DNA of 64,000 nucleotides from an uncultured Phycisphaerales bacterium (GTDB lineage Bacteria; Planctomycetota; Phycisphaerae; Tepidisphaerales; Tepidisphaeraceae), in assembly GCA_963755915.1 (NCBI GenBank), contig CAVWLP010000003.1, positions 1,056,001 through 1,120,000 of the forward strand, written 5' to 3'. The translations under genes and the position numbers were made by a program. Shown one piece after another: positions 12,729 through 25,467 of the stretch. Position 1 is the first letter of the stretch, and the number at the start of each line of letters is the position of its first letter. The notes beneath the pieces are model-generated. The model saw only the letters and a list, made by a program, of their open reading frames with translations, did not search any database and was not told where the DNA came from.

Positions 12729-13000
12729 GTACCATCTCCAATTGTAGATACGGTTGGTTCGACCGTGCGAGCGGGCCGAATGATTGCAAAACGATCAAAA
12801 AATGTCCAGCACGAAAGTAAAAAATGTGGGTTGAAAAATGGCATGTTCACGGAAAGCAGCATGATCTCGAAAGGAGGAAAAATTTGTTTGCTTTTTGCAA
12901 ACGCCGACGCCGGATGTCGAATGGTTGATGTTTTCGCGTAGGTCTTTAGCTCACAAGAAATTGCGCACCCAAACGACCACTACGCCGATACCCAGCAAAG

Positions 13001-13029
13001 AAAAACGCCGCCCTCATGAGGGCGGCGTT
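13001..13029 (-). terminator. Intrinsic terminator of the GSII gene
   Basis: AACGCCGCCCTC-AT-GAGGGCGGCGTT with T run on the minus strand. Confidence 0.8.
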
Positions 13030-13063
13030 GGATTGACTGCTTGAACGGATCGATCGACGGCAA

Positions 13064-14125
13064 TCAAACGGCAGCCAAAACCGGGTTGCTGTCCAGCGAT
13101 TTTTTGGATGGAAGCGGTACGGTTTGGATGGTCTGGAGAATCCGGCTGGCGATCTTGTAGGGATCGCCCTGCGAGTTGGGACGACGGTCTTCCAAATAGC
13201 CTTTGTAGCCGTTCTTGGGCATGCTGTTGGGAACGCGGATGGAAGCACCGCGATCGGCAACCCCGTAGTTGAACTTATCGATGGACTGAGTCTCGTGGAG
13301 GCCCGTGAGGCGCAAGTGATTGTCGGGTCCATAGACAGCGATGTGCTCCGCCTTGTATTTGTCGAAGGCGGCCATGAGCGCCTCGAAGTATTCTTTGCCG
13401 CCGACTTCGCGAAGGTATTTGGTGGAGAAGTTGGAGTGCATGCCCGAGCCATTCCAGTCGCTCTTGCCGAGCGGCTTGCAATGGTAATTCACGTCCACAC
13501 CATATCTTTCGCAAAGCCGCTGGAGAAGATAGCGGGCAACCCACATTTCGTCGGCGGCTTTTTTGGAGCCTTTGCCGAAGATCTGGAATTCCCACTGACC
13601 TTTGGCCACTTCGGAGTTGATGCCTTCGTGGTTGATGCCGGCGTCGAGGCAAAGATCGAGATGTTTGTTGACGATCTCGCGGGCGATGGGGCCCATAAGG
13701 CCGTAACCGACGCCGCAGTAATATCTTCCCTGGCCTTCCTTCGGGAAGCCTTCCGAGGGAAAGCCGAGCGGCAGGCCGTCTTTATAGAGGAAGTACTCCT
13801 GCTCAAAGCCGAACCAGGTCTCCGGGTCATCCAGAATGGTGGCGCGGGCGTTGGTGGAATGGGGCGTGAGATCGTGATGGAGAACCTCGCAGAGAACGAT
13901 CACGCCGTTTTTGACGGTGCTGTCGAGATACCTTGCCACGGGTTTGAGAACACAGTCGGAGTTGTGGCCCTCCGCCTGCCGGGTCGAACTGCCGTCAAAA
14001 CCCCAGTTTGGGAGCTGGTCAAGTGACGGGAATGACTCAAAATCTTTGACAAGGGTTTTACCGCGGATGTTGGGGACGGGCTCATAGCCGTCCAGCCAGA
14101 TATACTCGAGTTTATACTTTGCCAT
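13064..14125 (-). CDS. glnII: Glutamine synthetase type II
   Basis: 353 aa; EYIWLDG, WGFDGSST, WFGFEQEY, GQWEFQI, DWNGSGMH, RLTGLHET, DRGASIRVP, GYLEDRRP. Confidence 0.95.
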   Translation of the reverse strand: MAKYKLEYIWLDGYEPVPNIRGKTLVKDFESFPSLDQLPNWGFDGSSTRQAEGHNSDCVLKPVARYLDSTVKNGVIVLCEVLHHDLTPHSTNARATILDDPETWFGFEQEYFLYKDGLPLGFPSEGFPKEGQGRYYCGVGYGLMGPIAREIVNKHLDLCLDAGINHEGINSEVAKGQWEFQIFGKGSKKAADEMWVARYLLQRLCERYGVDVNYHCKPLGKSDWNGSGMHSNFSTKYLREVGGKEYFEALMAAFDKYKAEHIAVYGPDNHLRLTGLHETQSIDKFNYGVADRGASIRVPNSMPKNGYKGYLEDRRPNSQGDPYKIASRILQTIQTVPLPSKKSLDSNPVLAAV

Positions 14126-14197
14126 GTGCGTCTACATCTCCATTTTTCTGTGCGGTAATTGCGGATCACAAAAAATGATCCGTGGCCCATGGGAGTT

Positions 14198-14226
14198 ATG
14201 TTGCCGGATATTTGGGCAGGAGTCAA
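14198..14226 (-). promoter_or_regulatory. Possible sigma70 promoter of glnII
   Basis: TTGACT-17 bp-CAACAT on minus strand; spacer carries TGCC-N9-GGCA palindrome. Confidence 0.35.
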
Positions 14227-14429
14227 AAAAATCTCAGGCTCTCCACAGGCGCCATTTTTCTGACTGAAACCGTCCTGATCATCCGAAATGAGGTAAATAT
14301 CGGACCACCAACATGCGATATGATTAGAAGATGGGCAACTGACTTTAGGCATGATGCTGTTGCCTATAAACTAGGCGACAAGAGGCGGCTTTTTGTGATT
14401 AGACTGCGGCATGTGAGAGTTGGTGCGAA

Positions 14430-16695
14430 GTGAAACCGAAAACAGATTTCATTATTGAGGTACGCCGTAATGCCAAAAGCGCGCCGGATGGCGCTGTCGA
14501 GAAGTTTCTGAGCCGAGTTGGGCCAGACTATCTGGCAGCGTTCGATGCGCGGCATCGCGAGCCAGTTGCTCGCGCTGATGAAGCTCAGCGATGAGAAACC
14601 CGTGCAGCTTATATTTGGCCGCCGCGACGATGGTTCGATCGAATGCTCGGTTCTGGCGTTCGATCATCTGTTTGAGTTCTCAATTATCTGCGGCGTGATG
14701 GCCGGCACGGGCTTCAGCATCACGGACAGCAATGCCTTTACGCTGCCGGCAGTGAGGTCGCCTGGCCTCAAAAGATCGGTGAACAGGCGGCAACTGATCG
14801 AGCGGCCGCGCGATCCGATGAGCGATCCGGTCATTCTTGATCATTTCGTCGGAAAACTGATCGGACCGCTGACGGATTTCCGCGCGTGGGTTAGTGTCTT
14901 CGCGCCGGCGATCGAGGAAACGATTGCGCTGCTGAATCAAGGACGGGAAGAATCAACCAATCGCGCCAAGCGCATCGTGAACGAGCGCGTGACGCAGTGG
15001 CTGAAATCACGGCGGGGTGATGATGAAACGCATTCGCCAATCGTGCGGCTGGAGGCGGATGTCGAGCAATCGCCCGGCGCCACGCGGCTGCGCCTGCAGG
15101 CGCCCGACACACCGGCGTTTTTGTATGCCCTCAGCACGGCACTTTCGCTGCACGGATTGCAGATCGAAAAGACGCGGGCGCGGACGGTGGAGGAGAAGGC
15201 GATCAATGAAATCGACGTGGTTGATGGAGGGGGGAAGCCGCTGGGCGAGGCCGACCAAGTGCGGCAGATTCAGCGGTCGGTGCTGCTGACGCTTCAGTTT
15301 TGTTATTTTTTGGATCGTGCACCGGATCCGTTTTCGGCGTTGCAGAGGTTTGAGGAATTGGCGCGGCAGGTTGTGCAAATACCAGACGCCGGCGGCTGGC
15401 TGGAGCTGCTGGCAAATCCGCTGAGCTTGGCGGACCTGGCGAGGATTTTGGGGGCGAGCGATTTTTTGTGGGAGGATTTCATCCGGTGGAATGCGGATGC
15501 GCTCCTGCCGCTGCTTCAGCGGCGATTGAGGGGGGAGCAGATTTGCCCGCTGATGGGAACGCTGCCGCGGCGGTTGGAAGATTGTCTGGCAGGGGCGAAG
15601 AATTTTGATGAGCAGAGGAAAAGGCTCAATACGTTCAAGGACCATGAACTTTTCCTGATCGATCTGGATCACATTCTGAGCGACCAAAGCCCGGATGTGG
15701 CGTTTCAAATCCTTTCGCAGCGGCTGGTTTTGCTGGCGGAAAACCTTGTCGGCGTGGCGTCGAAGCTGGTGTATGGGGAACTGGTGAGGCTTTATGGCAG
15801 GCCGCGCGATGAGAAGAGACGCGATACCGATTATGCGATTTTTGGACTGGGGAAATTGGGGGGCGTGGCGCTGGGGTATGCTTCGGATATCGAGCTGCTG
15901 TTTTTATACGGGGAAGATGGGGACACCGCCGGCGGGAGCCGGGGGTCGCTGAAGAATGGGGAATTCTTTGCCATCCTGGCGAAGGAAACGTGCGACTACA
16001 TTCAGGCGAAGCGCGAGGGGATATTCGAGGTCGACCTGCGTTTGCGGCCGTATGGAAAGAACGGTCCGCTGGCAAGCAGCGGGGGCGATTTCGCGCAATA
16101 TTATGGTGGAAAGGGGGACGCGCATCCGTTTGAACGATTGGCGCTGGGGCGGCTGCGATGGATCGCGGGGGATCCGGGGTTGGGATTTGAGATTGAGCGG
16201 GTGCGCGATGAGATTCTGTATGAGGGACGGCCGCTGGATTTGGGGGCGATCCGGGAAATTTCGGAGAAGATGCGGCGGCAGCATTGTCCGCCGGGGCAAA
16301 AGAATTCCAAGCACAGCGATGGGGCGCTGGCGGATTTGGAGGAGATGGTGCAGTTGCTCCAGGTGGCCAATGCGCGGGCGGCGCCGCAATTACGGACGCC
16401 TAGGCTGATCGACGCGATGGATGCGCTGCACCGGGCGGGGATTTTTTCGGCGCGGGAATTTGAGCGGGTGATGTGTGCTTACCAATTTTTCCGGCGGTTG
16501 ATCAATGCGCAGCGGATGCTGCGGGGGTCGGCGAAGGATTTGGTTCTGCCGGCGGAGGGGGCGGATGAGCTGGTGCACCTGGGGCGGAGAATGCAGTTTA
16601 GATCGGACGATCCAGGGGGGGAGTTGCTGCGGGAATTCGGCGAGCATACCGAGGCAGTCCGGAGGCTGATGAAGAAGCGGTTTGGGGGGAAATGA
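14430..16695 (+). CDS. glnE: GlnE-like glutamine synthetase adenylyltransferase with ACT domains and one NTase domain; start inferred across a frameshift near 14550
   Basis: GLGKLGGVALGYASDIELLF, VDLRLRPYG, HPFERLAL; ACT-like segments AFDHLFEFSIICG and APDTPAFLYALST. Confidence 0.8.
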
Positions 16696-16721
16696 AAAAC
16701 CGCCGGTGGGGACACCGGCGG
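16696..16721. terminator. Terminator between convergent glnE and glnA
   Basis: AAAA-CCGCCGGTG-GGGA-CACCGGCGG. Confidence 0.75.
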
Positions 16722-16750
16722 CATTAGCGAATGAATATTTGCTGCTCGAA

Positions 16751-18184
<1,434 letters not shown>

Positions 18185-18493
18185 TCGTGACCTACTTTCC
18201 GCGATGGATGCGATTTGGTTGATCGTGCATCTAAGCGAAAATTCGATGCAGAGTCAATTTGATCTTGCGTTAAAAACAGGTTTGCGCAAAGCAATCAAAT
18301 CTGCCGGTGATCGCCGGCGAAGACACTCACCCCAGCACTGTTCCGGCGCCGGGATACGGGGAGAGGGCGGAAAGAGGGCACAGACGATTGCCGCACCCGT
18401 TGGCCCGCGATGGTTTTGACGGTGGGAATCGAGGCCGCTAGCATACGCCGCTCACCAAACGGTCCCGCAGTCAAAACCTGAGGAGAAATACTA

Positions 18494-19906
18494 ATGTCGC
18501 CTTCCGATGTTCTGAAGCTCTGCAAAGAAAACAAGGTGGAGTTCGTCGATCTGCGTTTCATGGATTTTCCGGGACTGTGGCAACATACGACGTGTCCAGT
18601 CAACGAGTTAACGCTCGAAAACTTCGGGCATGGATTTGGATTTGACGGCAGCAGTATCCGCGGCTGGCAGGCCATCAACGAATCCGACATGCTGCTGGTG
18701 CCTGTTGCCAGTACGGCAAAAATCGACCCGTTTCTGACGCACCCCACCTTGTCGATCATCTGTGACGTGCGCGATCCGATCACCAAGAAAGAGTACTCGC
18801 GGGACCCGCGCTCGATCGCCCGGAAGACGGGTGAGTATCTGAAGAAAACGAAAATCGCCGACACGGCTTATTTCGGGCCGGAGCTGGAATTCTTCGTGTT
18901 CGATACTGCGTTCTACGATCAGGGGATCAATTTCGGAAAATACTTCGTGGGAAGCCGGGAGGGGATCTGGACGCGCGGCGAGGAGGACCCGACCAATCTC
19001 GGGTACAAGATGCGCTTGAAGGAGGGTTATTTCCCGACGCCGCCGATGGACACCATGCAGAACGTCCGCAGCGAGATGGTGGCGACGCTGATCGACCTGG
19101 GAATCCCCGTAGAGGCGCATCATCACGAGGTTGCCACGGGCGGTCAGTGCGAAATCGACATGCGCTACCAGGATCTGGTGACGATGTCGGACAACGTGAT
19201 GATGTACAAATATGTCTGCAAGAACGTGGCGGCGAGGCATGGGAAAGTGGTGACGTTCATGCCAAAGCCGTTGTTTCAGGACAATGGCTCGGGGATGCAC
19301 GTCCATTTCAGCCTGTGGAAGGGGAACAAGCCGCTGTTCGCGGGGAATAAATATGCGGGGCTGAGCACGATGGGGTTGCACGCCATCGGGGGAATTCTGA
19401 AGCACGCGAAAGCTTTGTGTGCGCTTTGCAATCCTACGACCAACAGCTACAAGCGGCTGGTGCCGGGATATGAAGCGCCGGTGAACCTGGTTTACAGCAG
19501 CCGGAACCGGTCGGCGGCGATTCGGATTCCGATGTACAGCGAAAATCCCAAGACCAAGCGGATCGAATTCCGCTGCCCGGACAGTTCGTGCAATCCGTAT
19601 CTGGCATTCAGCGCGATAACAATGGCGGCGATCGATGGGATTGAGAATGAACTCGATCCGGGTGAGCCGCTGGATAAGAATATGTATCACCTGACTGAGG
19701 AGGAGTACGAAAAGATTTCCTCGGCACCGGGATCGCTGGAGGAGGCGCTGCTGGCGTTAGAGGAGGATCATGAGTTTCTGCTGAAAGGGGATGTTTTTAC
19801 CGCAGACGTTGTGCATTACTGGGTGAAATATAAGCGGGAGAATGAGGTGGATGCGATTCGGCAGAGGCCGCATCCGTATGAGTTTTGCATGTATTTCGAT
19901 ATATAA
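18494..19906 (+). CDS. glnA: Glutamine synthetase type I-beta, copy 2
   Basis: Same motifs as copy 1; adenylylation loop NMYHL; SD GAGGAG upstream. Confidence 0.97.
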   Translation: MSPSDVLKLCKENKVEFVDLRFMDFPGLWQHTTCPVNELTLENFGHGFGFDGSSIRGWQAINESDMLLVPVASTAKIDPFLTHPTLSIICDVRDPITKKEYSRDPRSIARKTGEYLKKTKIADTAYFGPELEFFVFDTAFYDQGINFGKYFVGSREGIWTRGEEDPTNLGYKMRLKEGYFPTPPMDTMQNVRSEMVATLIDLGIPVEAHHHEVATGGQCEIDMRYQDLVTMSDNVMMYKYVCKNVAARHGKVVTFMPKPLFQDNGSGMHVHFSLWKGNKPLFAGNKYAGLSTMGLHAIGGILKHAKALCALCNPTTNSYKRLVPGYEAPVNLVYSSRNRSAAIRIPMYSENPKTKRIEFRCPDSSCNPYLAFSAITMAAIDGIENELDPGEPLDKNMYHLTEEEYEKISSAPGSLEEALLALEEDHEFLLKGDVFTADVVHYWVKYKRENEVDAIRQRPHPYEFCMYFDI

Positions 19907-19924
19907 TCGGCGTTGGAGACGTTC

Positions 19925-20589
19925 ATGACGGTTGCCGCAATTCGCCAGCCTCTGATTGATGTTGAAGAGCAGCCCCAATTTATGGAGCTGGACAACATCA
20001 GTTGGGATCTTTACATGCGGCTGCATCGCGCCATCGACGCGAGCGCACGGTATTTTCGGATCACCTACGATGAAGGAAGGATGGTGCTGACGTCGCCGAT
20101 CGGCCGAACACACGAAAGAGTGAAGACACTGGTAAGGCACTTATTGAGAACCTAACGCTCGAATTGGATATTCCTATCGAAGGGCTGGGAGCGCTCACAC
20201 AAAAGCGGAAAAGCTTGCGAAAGGGCCTTGAGCCGGATGAATGCTATTACATCCAGCACTGTGCCGAAGCGGTGCGGCAGAGGAAATCGGAAGTGCGGAA
20301 GGATCTGCCGCCTGATCTGGCGATTGAAATTGACGTGACTCATTATCCGATAGATCGAGAGGCAATTTATGCCGCGCTTGGGGTCGGCGAGTTATGGCGA
20401 TATAGGAAGAATCGGGTCGAGTTTTTTAAGTTGTCGGCAAAAAAGCGGTATGAGAAGATTTCTACCAGCCGGGCGCTGCCGATCAGTGCAGAGGACGTGA
20501 ACCGATTTGTGGCGATGCTCGATTCAACGCTCGATCAGACCGCAATCATCAGAGCGTTTCGGGATTGGGTGCGATCGAACCAGAAATGA
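19925..20589 (+). CDS. Uma2 (DUF820) family protein, frameshift near 20150
   Basis: ISWDLY, RITYDEG, GLEPDECYYI, PPDLAIEID, IYAALGVGELWRY. Confidence 0.85.
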
Positions 20590-20620
20590 TGCCGCCCAAA
20601 TCCGCCAAATTTGATTGCCC

Positions 20621-21466
20621 GTGATTTTCCCCGCGCTTATTCCATATCCGCAGATCGACCCCGTGATGGTGCACATCGGGCCGATCAAAATCCGCTGGTA
20701 TGGGATGGCCTATCTGACGGGGTTCGTGCTGGCGTACCTGGTTCTGGGCAGGCTGATCAAAAACGGCGTGCTGAGAATTTCGAAGGATGCGATGAGCGAT
20801 CTCGTCGGCTGGCTGGCGCTGGGCGTCGTCGCGGGCGGGAGAACGGGGTGGTGGCTTTTTTATCACAAGCCCGATCCGATGGTCGTTGAGCCATGGTGGG
20901 AGCCGGTCGCGATCTGGCACGGCGGGATGTCGTTTCACGGCGGGCTCTGCGGCGTGCTGCTGGTTCTTTATATCTGGTCGAGAACTCATCGAGCGCCGCT
21001 GCTTAACATCGCGGATTGCCTGGCCCTGGTGACGCCCATCGGGCTTTGCCTGGGACGGCTCGCGAATTTTATTAATGGGGAGCTGGTCGGGCGGGAAACC
21101 AATGTTCCCTGGGCGATGATTTTTCCGGGCTACACGACGCCGCGGCATCCTTCGCAGATTTATGAGTCGTTTCTGGAAGGGCCGGTGCTTATGGCCGTTC
21201 TGTGGACGATCAAGGCGGTGAAGAAAAACCGCATCGACGGCCAGATCGCGGCAGCGTTTGTCATCTTTTATGCGATCTTCCGCTTCCTGGTCGAGTTTAC
21301 CCGCGAGCCGGATTCGCAGCTTGGGTTCATCGCCTTCGGGTGGCTGACGATGGGGCAACTGCTGAGCTTTGCGATCGGGGTGGCGGGGGTGGTGTGGTGG
21401 GTTATGCTGAGCAGGGCGAAATCATCTGAGCCGCCAGCGCTAACGCGGGTTAAAAATATAAAATAG
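20621..21466 (+). CDS. lgt: Prolipoprotein diacylglyceryl transferase
   Basis: IRWYG, GGMSFHGG, GRLANFINGELVGR, RHPSQIYE, EFTREPD, LTMGQLLS. Confidence 0.97.
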   Translation: MIFPALIPYPQIDPVMVHIGPIKIRWYGMAYLTGFVLAYLVLGRLIKNGVLRISKDAMSDLVGWLALGVVAGGRTGWWLFYHKPDPMVVEPWWEPVAIWHGGMSFHGGLCGVLLVLYIWSRTHRAPLLNIADCLALVTPIGLCLGRLANFINGELVGRETNVPWAMIFPGYTTPRHPSQIYESFLEGPVLMAVLWTIKAVKKNRIDGQIAAAFVIFYAIFRFLVEFTREPDSQLGFIAFGWLTMGQLLSFAIGVAGVVWWVMLSRAKSSEPPALTRVKNIK

Positions 21467-21660
21467 CGTCTGCGGCCCGGATACGGGGGATTCGGCGAGA
21501 TGAACTTCTCGTTTGGGGAATCGATTGTCGCAAATCAGGAATCGACCAATCGCGCCGGCGGGTCATTTTTTTCTTTATCTACGAGCGTAGCGTCTGTTAG
21601 CATGCGTGCTCGAAAAAGGGCAGGCGGCTCAATTCTCTCATTTTCAGCGGTGGAGGAATA

Positions 21661-24600
21661 GTGCGGATACTGAACTGCGAGGTGAATCCCCCCTCAAGGC
21701 GGGCACGCAGAATTTTGGGAATCGCGGTCTGCGCCGCGGTGGGCGGGTGGGCGATGGTGGGCCGGGCTGACACGACGGCCACGTGGGTTTCGGAGACGAG
21801 CGGGGATTGGGCCAATGCAGCGCTCTGGTCGACGTCGCCGAATTATCCGGATAATGGTTCACCGGCGGGAGTGAACTACCAGGCACTCCTCAATGCGACC
21901 GGAGGCACCAGCTACACCACAACCATTGATTCAGACGTCACTGTAGATGGAATCACAATCGATTCGGCCGATGCGACTGTGGACCAAACATCAGGCACGG
22001 TGCAGGCCGGGACGATTGCGGTAAGCAATGGGAACTATCAGATGGATGGGGGGACGCTGGCCAATACATCGCTCAACATCTCCGGAGGGTCGATCGCCAT
22101 TTCCAATGGAACGCTTAACAATGTTGTAGTATCGAGTGGCACGCTTTCGGTAGGCGATCTTAGCGCCAGAACCCTGCAACCTTGACCGTTGAGAATGGCT
22201 TGTTCACGACGGGCAGCGCCGCGCTCATGCTGGCCCCGCCACCCGGTGGCCTGACGATGGTTTTCGATGGCCCCAGCCAGACGGAAAATTCGCTGAACCT
22301 GGCGGGACTAACAAATTGGGGCAACGGCACTACGATCCAAATCAGCGGGGCAAGTTCTTCGGGGCCGACCACGCTGACGCTGGGCGAACAAGCGTCGCTG
22401 AGCGGTTGGCTGACGATCACAGACGGAGCGCAGCCGGGCGATACCCTCATCAACAACGGGACCATCGACAGCAACTACTCTTTGGAAATCGACGTGACCA
22501 ATTTTACGAACAACGGCCTTGCCGAAGCCAACGGCGGAGTGCTTTACATAAAATCCCCGCACTGGACCAACACAGGGCAGTTTTCCGCATCAAACGGCGG
22601 CGCTTTGGAGCTCGGCGGCGCGTTTTCCTCCGCACAGTTGGCGAATATCTCGCTTGATGCAACCAGCTCGCTCGAAATCTCCGGTACGATGGATAACACC
22701 AACAGCACCCTCGCTATGCCCAGCGCCGGATCGTTTGTCCTGCAAGGGGGAACTATCATTGGCGGCACTCTCGATGCAACCGCCAGCGCTCCCACTGTTG
22801 CCGCGGGCATACTCGATAACGTCCACATCGCCAACGGCGACCTGAATGTGATCAATCATCTATATGACTATCGGGGGTCCGTTTCCGAAACGATCGTTCA
22901 GGGCAATTTGACGCTCGATTTCGGCTATCAGGTCAATATGACCTCGGATGATTCCTACGGCGCGGTCAATGTGATTGAATTCGACGGCGCCACCCGCACC
23001 GTCGACAACCTCACGATCCAGGCGACGCCGAGCATGGGTAACAGCAATCCGGCCCTCGGCGAAATTGCCGCCGGTGGTCCGGACACGACCGGTCCGGCTA
23101 CGCTCACCCTCGGAACCAATTTCCTGATGCACGGACTTTTTGGCGTCATTGACGGCACAACCCTGGGATGCACGGTGATAAACAATGGCACTATTTCTTC
23201 GGACGATAACACGACGCCTTACTTCAATACCGGAGTATCGTCACTCATCAGCGTTGACAATTTTACCAACGACGCCACTGCACAGGCGATCAATGGGGCG
23301 ACCCTTACCATCGATTCGCCGAGCTGGACTAACGCCGGAACCCTCAAAGCCGCCAACGGGGGACTGCTGATATTAAGCGGGGTATTCACAAATACCGGGG
23401 CGATCTCGGCCGACTCGACCAGCTCTGTGCGAATCAACGGAACCTTCGATAACGCCAGTAGTACGTTTGTCGTTCCAGGTGTCGGGAACTATAGCTTGAA
23501 CGGCGGAACTGTCATTGGCGGAACGATCGACGAAAGCTCGGGCAACCTGTTGAAAGTAGAAGGATTCTCAGTCTTAAACGGGGTTGACGTTTCAAACGGT
23601 GATTTGGACGTTAATGGAACCCTCACCGTCGAAAATTACATGGCCCTGGACGCGGGACGCACGCTCGACCTGGAAGCGGGCGCAAGCTTTTCAATTTCGG
23701 GCTTGAATGAATACTGGACTTCCACCGTCGCGCTCGATGTGCCGGCTTTTACGGTTGACGGTTTTAACATCAATGGTAAATCGAACTTTGAAGAGCAGGT
23801 CAATACCCTCTACGTCGGCGGCCCCGATTCCGGTCCGACACCAACCCTGACGATCGGCTCCAGCGCGGTGGTCGTCGGAGCTATCGCGTTAAATAATGGG
23901 TTGGTCCCGGACGACAACGACCCCTTCCAGCCCTACGGAACCCCTCTGCCGGCGACGGTCATTAACAACGGCACGATGAACGCCGATCTGAACTTTGTCG
24001 GCATGACGATTAGCGTTTCGAATTTCTTTAACAATAGCACCCTAAAGGCAACCAACGGCGCAAACCTGCTGATCGCTTCGCCGAATTTCGTTAATGACGG
24101 CACGGCGCAGGGAAACGCCGGCATCCTCACAATCAATTCCCAAAACCTGACCAACGCCGGAACCATTGCCGCATTGAACGGGGGTACGGTTGTCATCAAC
24201 AGCAATCTAACAATCGCCGCCCTCGGCAATTGGACGGTCGATGCCACTTCGACTTTCCAATTCGGGGGAACAATTAATAATGCCAATTCGACTCTGGTGC
24301 TTCCGGCCACGGGAACAATCGAGCTGACGGGAGCCATCGTCGGCGGCACCGTCGACGAGACGTCGGGAAACACACTCTACACCGGCGGCACCGTCACTTT
24401 GGATGGTGTCCACATCGCAGGCGGCAATCTCAACGAAGGAGCAACCCCTCTCGTTTCCTCTTCCCTTATCCACCGTTCAGCCTCACCCGATGGGGGGATC
24501 ATAACGATCGGCGAGTCGTACTCTGATAATACCATTAACGTCGACAACGGGTTGATCGTCGACCCTGGGTTTCAGTTGATTTTGGCACAGAACTCGAACT

Positions 24601-25351
24601 CTCCAAGCCTTGTCTTTGACGGGCCAAGCCAAACTCTGAATCAAATAACCATTCTGGGAACCGACGTAGTTCAAAATTACGACGCCTTCAACTTCGTGAA
24701 CGGGGTTCAGATTGGAGGAGCAAATACCACTTCTTCACCGACCCTTACACTGGGACCCAATTCAGACATGCACGGCGCTAGACATCGAAAACGGCTCGAA
24801 CGCGACCCAGGAATTCAGCTCCGAACTGATCAACAACGGCACCATCAGCGCCGATCTCAGCGGCGCCACCCTGGAAATTGGCGTGACCTATTTCCTGAAC
24901 AATGGCACGCTCAAAGCGATCAACGGTGCAACGCTGCAAATCACCTCCCCGAATTTCGATAACGAGGGCACGTTGTCCATCGATGGAGGCACGCTTTCAC
25001 TCGCACAGGATAAAACAGTTTTCAACCCCGGCACACCGGGAACATTCGACGTGGGCAACGGAACGCTCTCGGGGTCAGGAACCATCGACGGCAACGTGGT
25101 CCTCCAATCCGATCCATCAACCCTCGCGTTCGATTTGCGATCCGAAGGCGACTTCGACAGCCTTGCGATCGACGGAAATCTCACCCTTGCCGGAAACCTG
25201 GAAATTTCGCTCGCCAATGGTTTTGATCCACCAGGCAGCGATGTTTTCACGGTCCTCACGGTCAACAGCCAGGACACCATGTCTGGCAGTTTTGATGACG
25301 TGGCCGATGGCGGCAGGCTTTTGACGGCTGACGGACTTGGCTCTTTCCTTG
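21661..25351 (+). pseudogene. Large exported beta-repeat PEP-CTERM protein, 5' part, interrupted by IS21 (also indels near 22180 and 24780)
   Basis: Signal peptide, GDWANAALWS, G/N/T-rich repeats (INNGTI, NAGTL); frame continues after the IS. Confidence 0.8.
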
Positions 25352-25467
25352 TGTCATGGGCGCGCAAAACCGGCCAATTGAGGGCGCGCCAAAACCGGCC
25401 ATTTTGAGGCACAGGAGATTGGGTTATCGACCTTGGCTTTCGGCGGTTGCCGCAAGCCAATGGTGGG

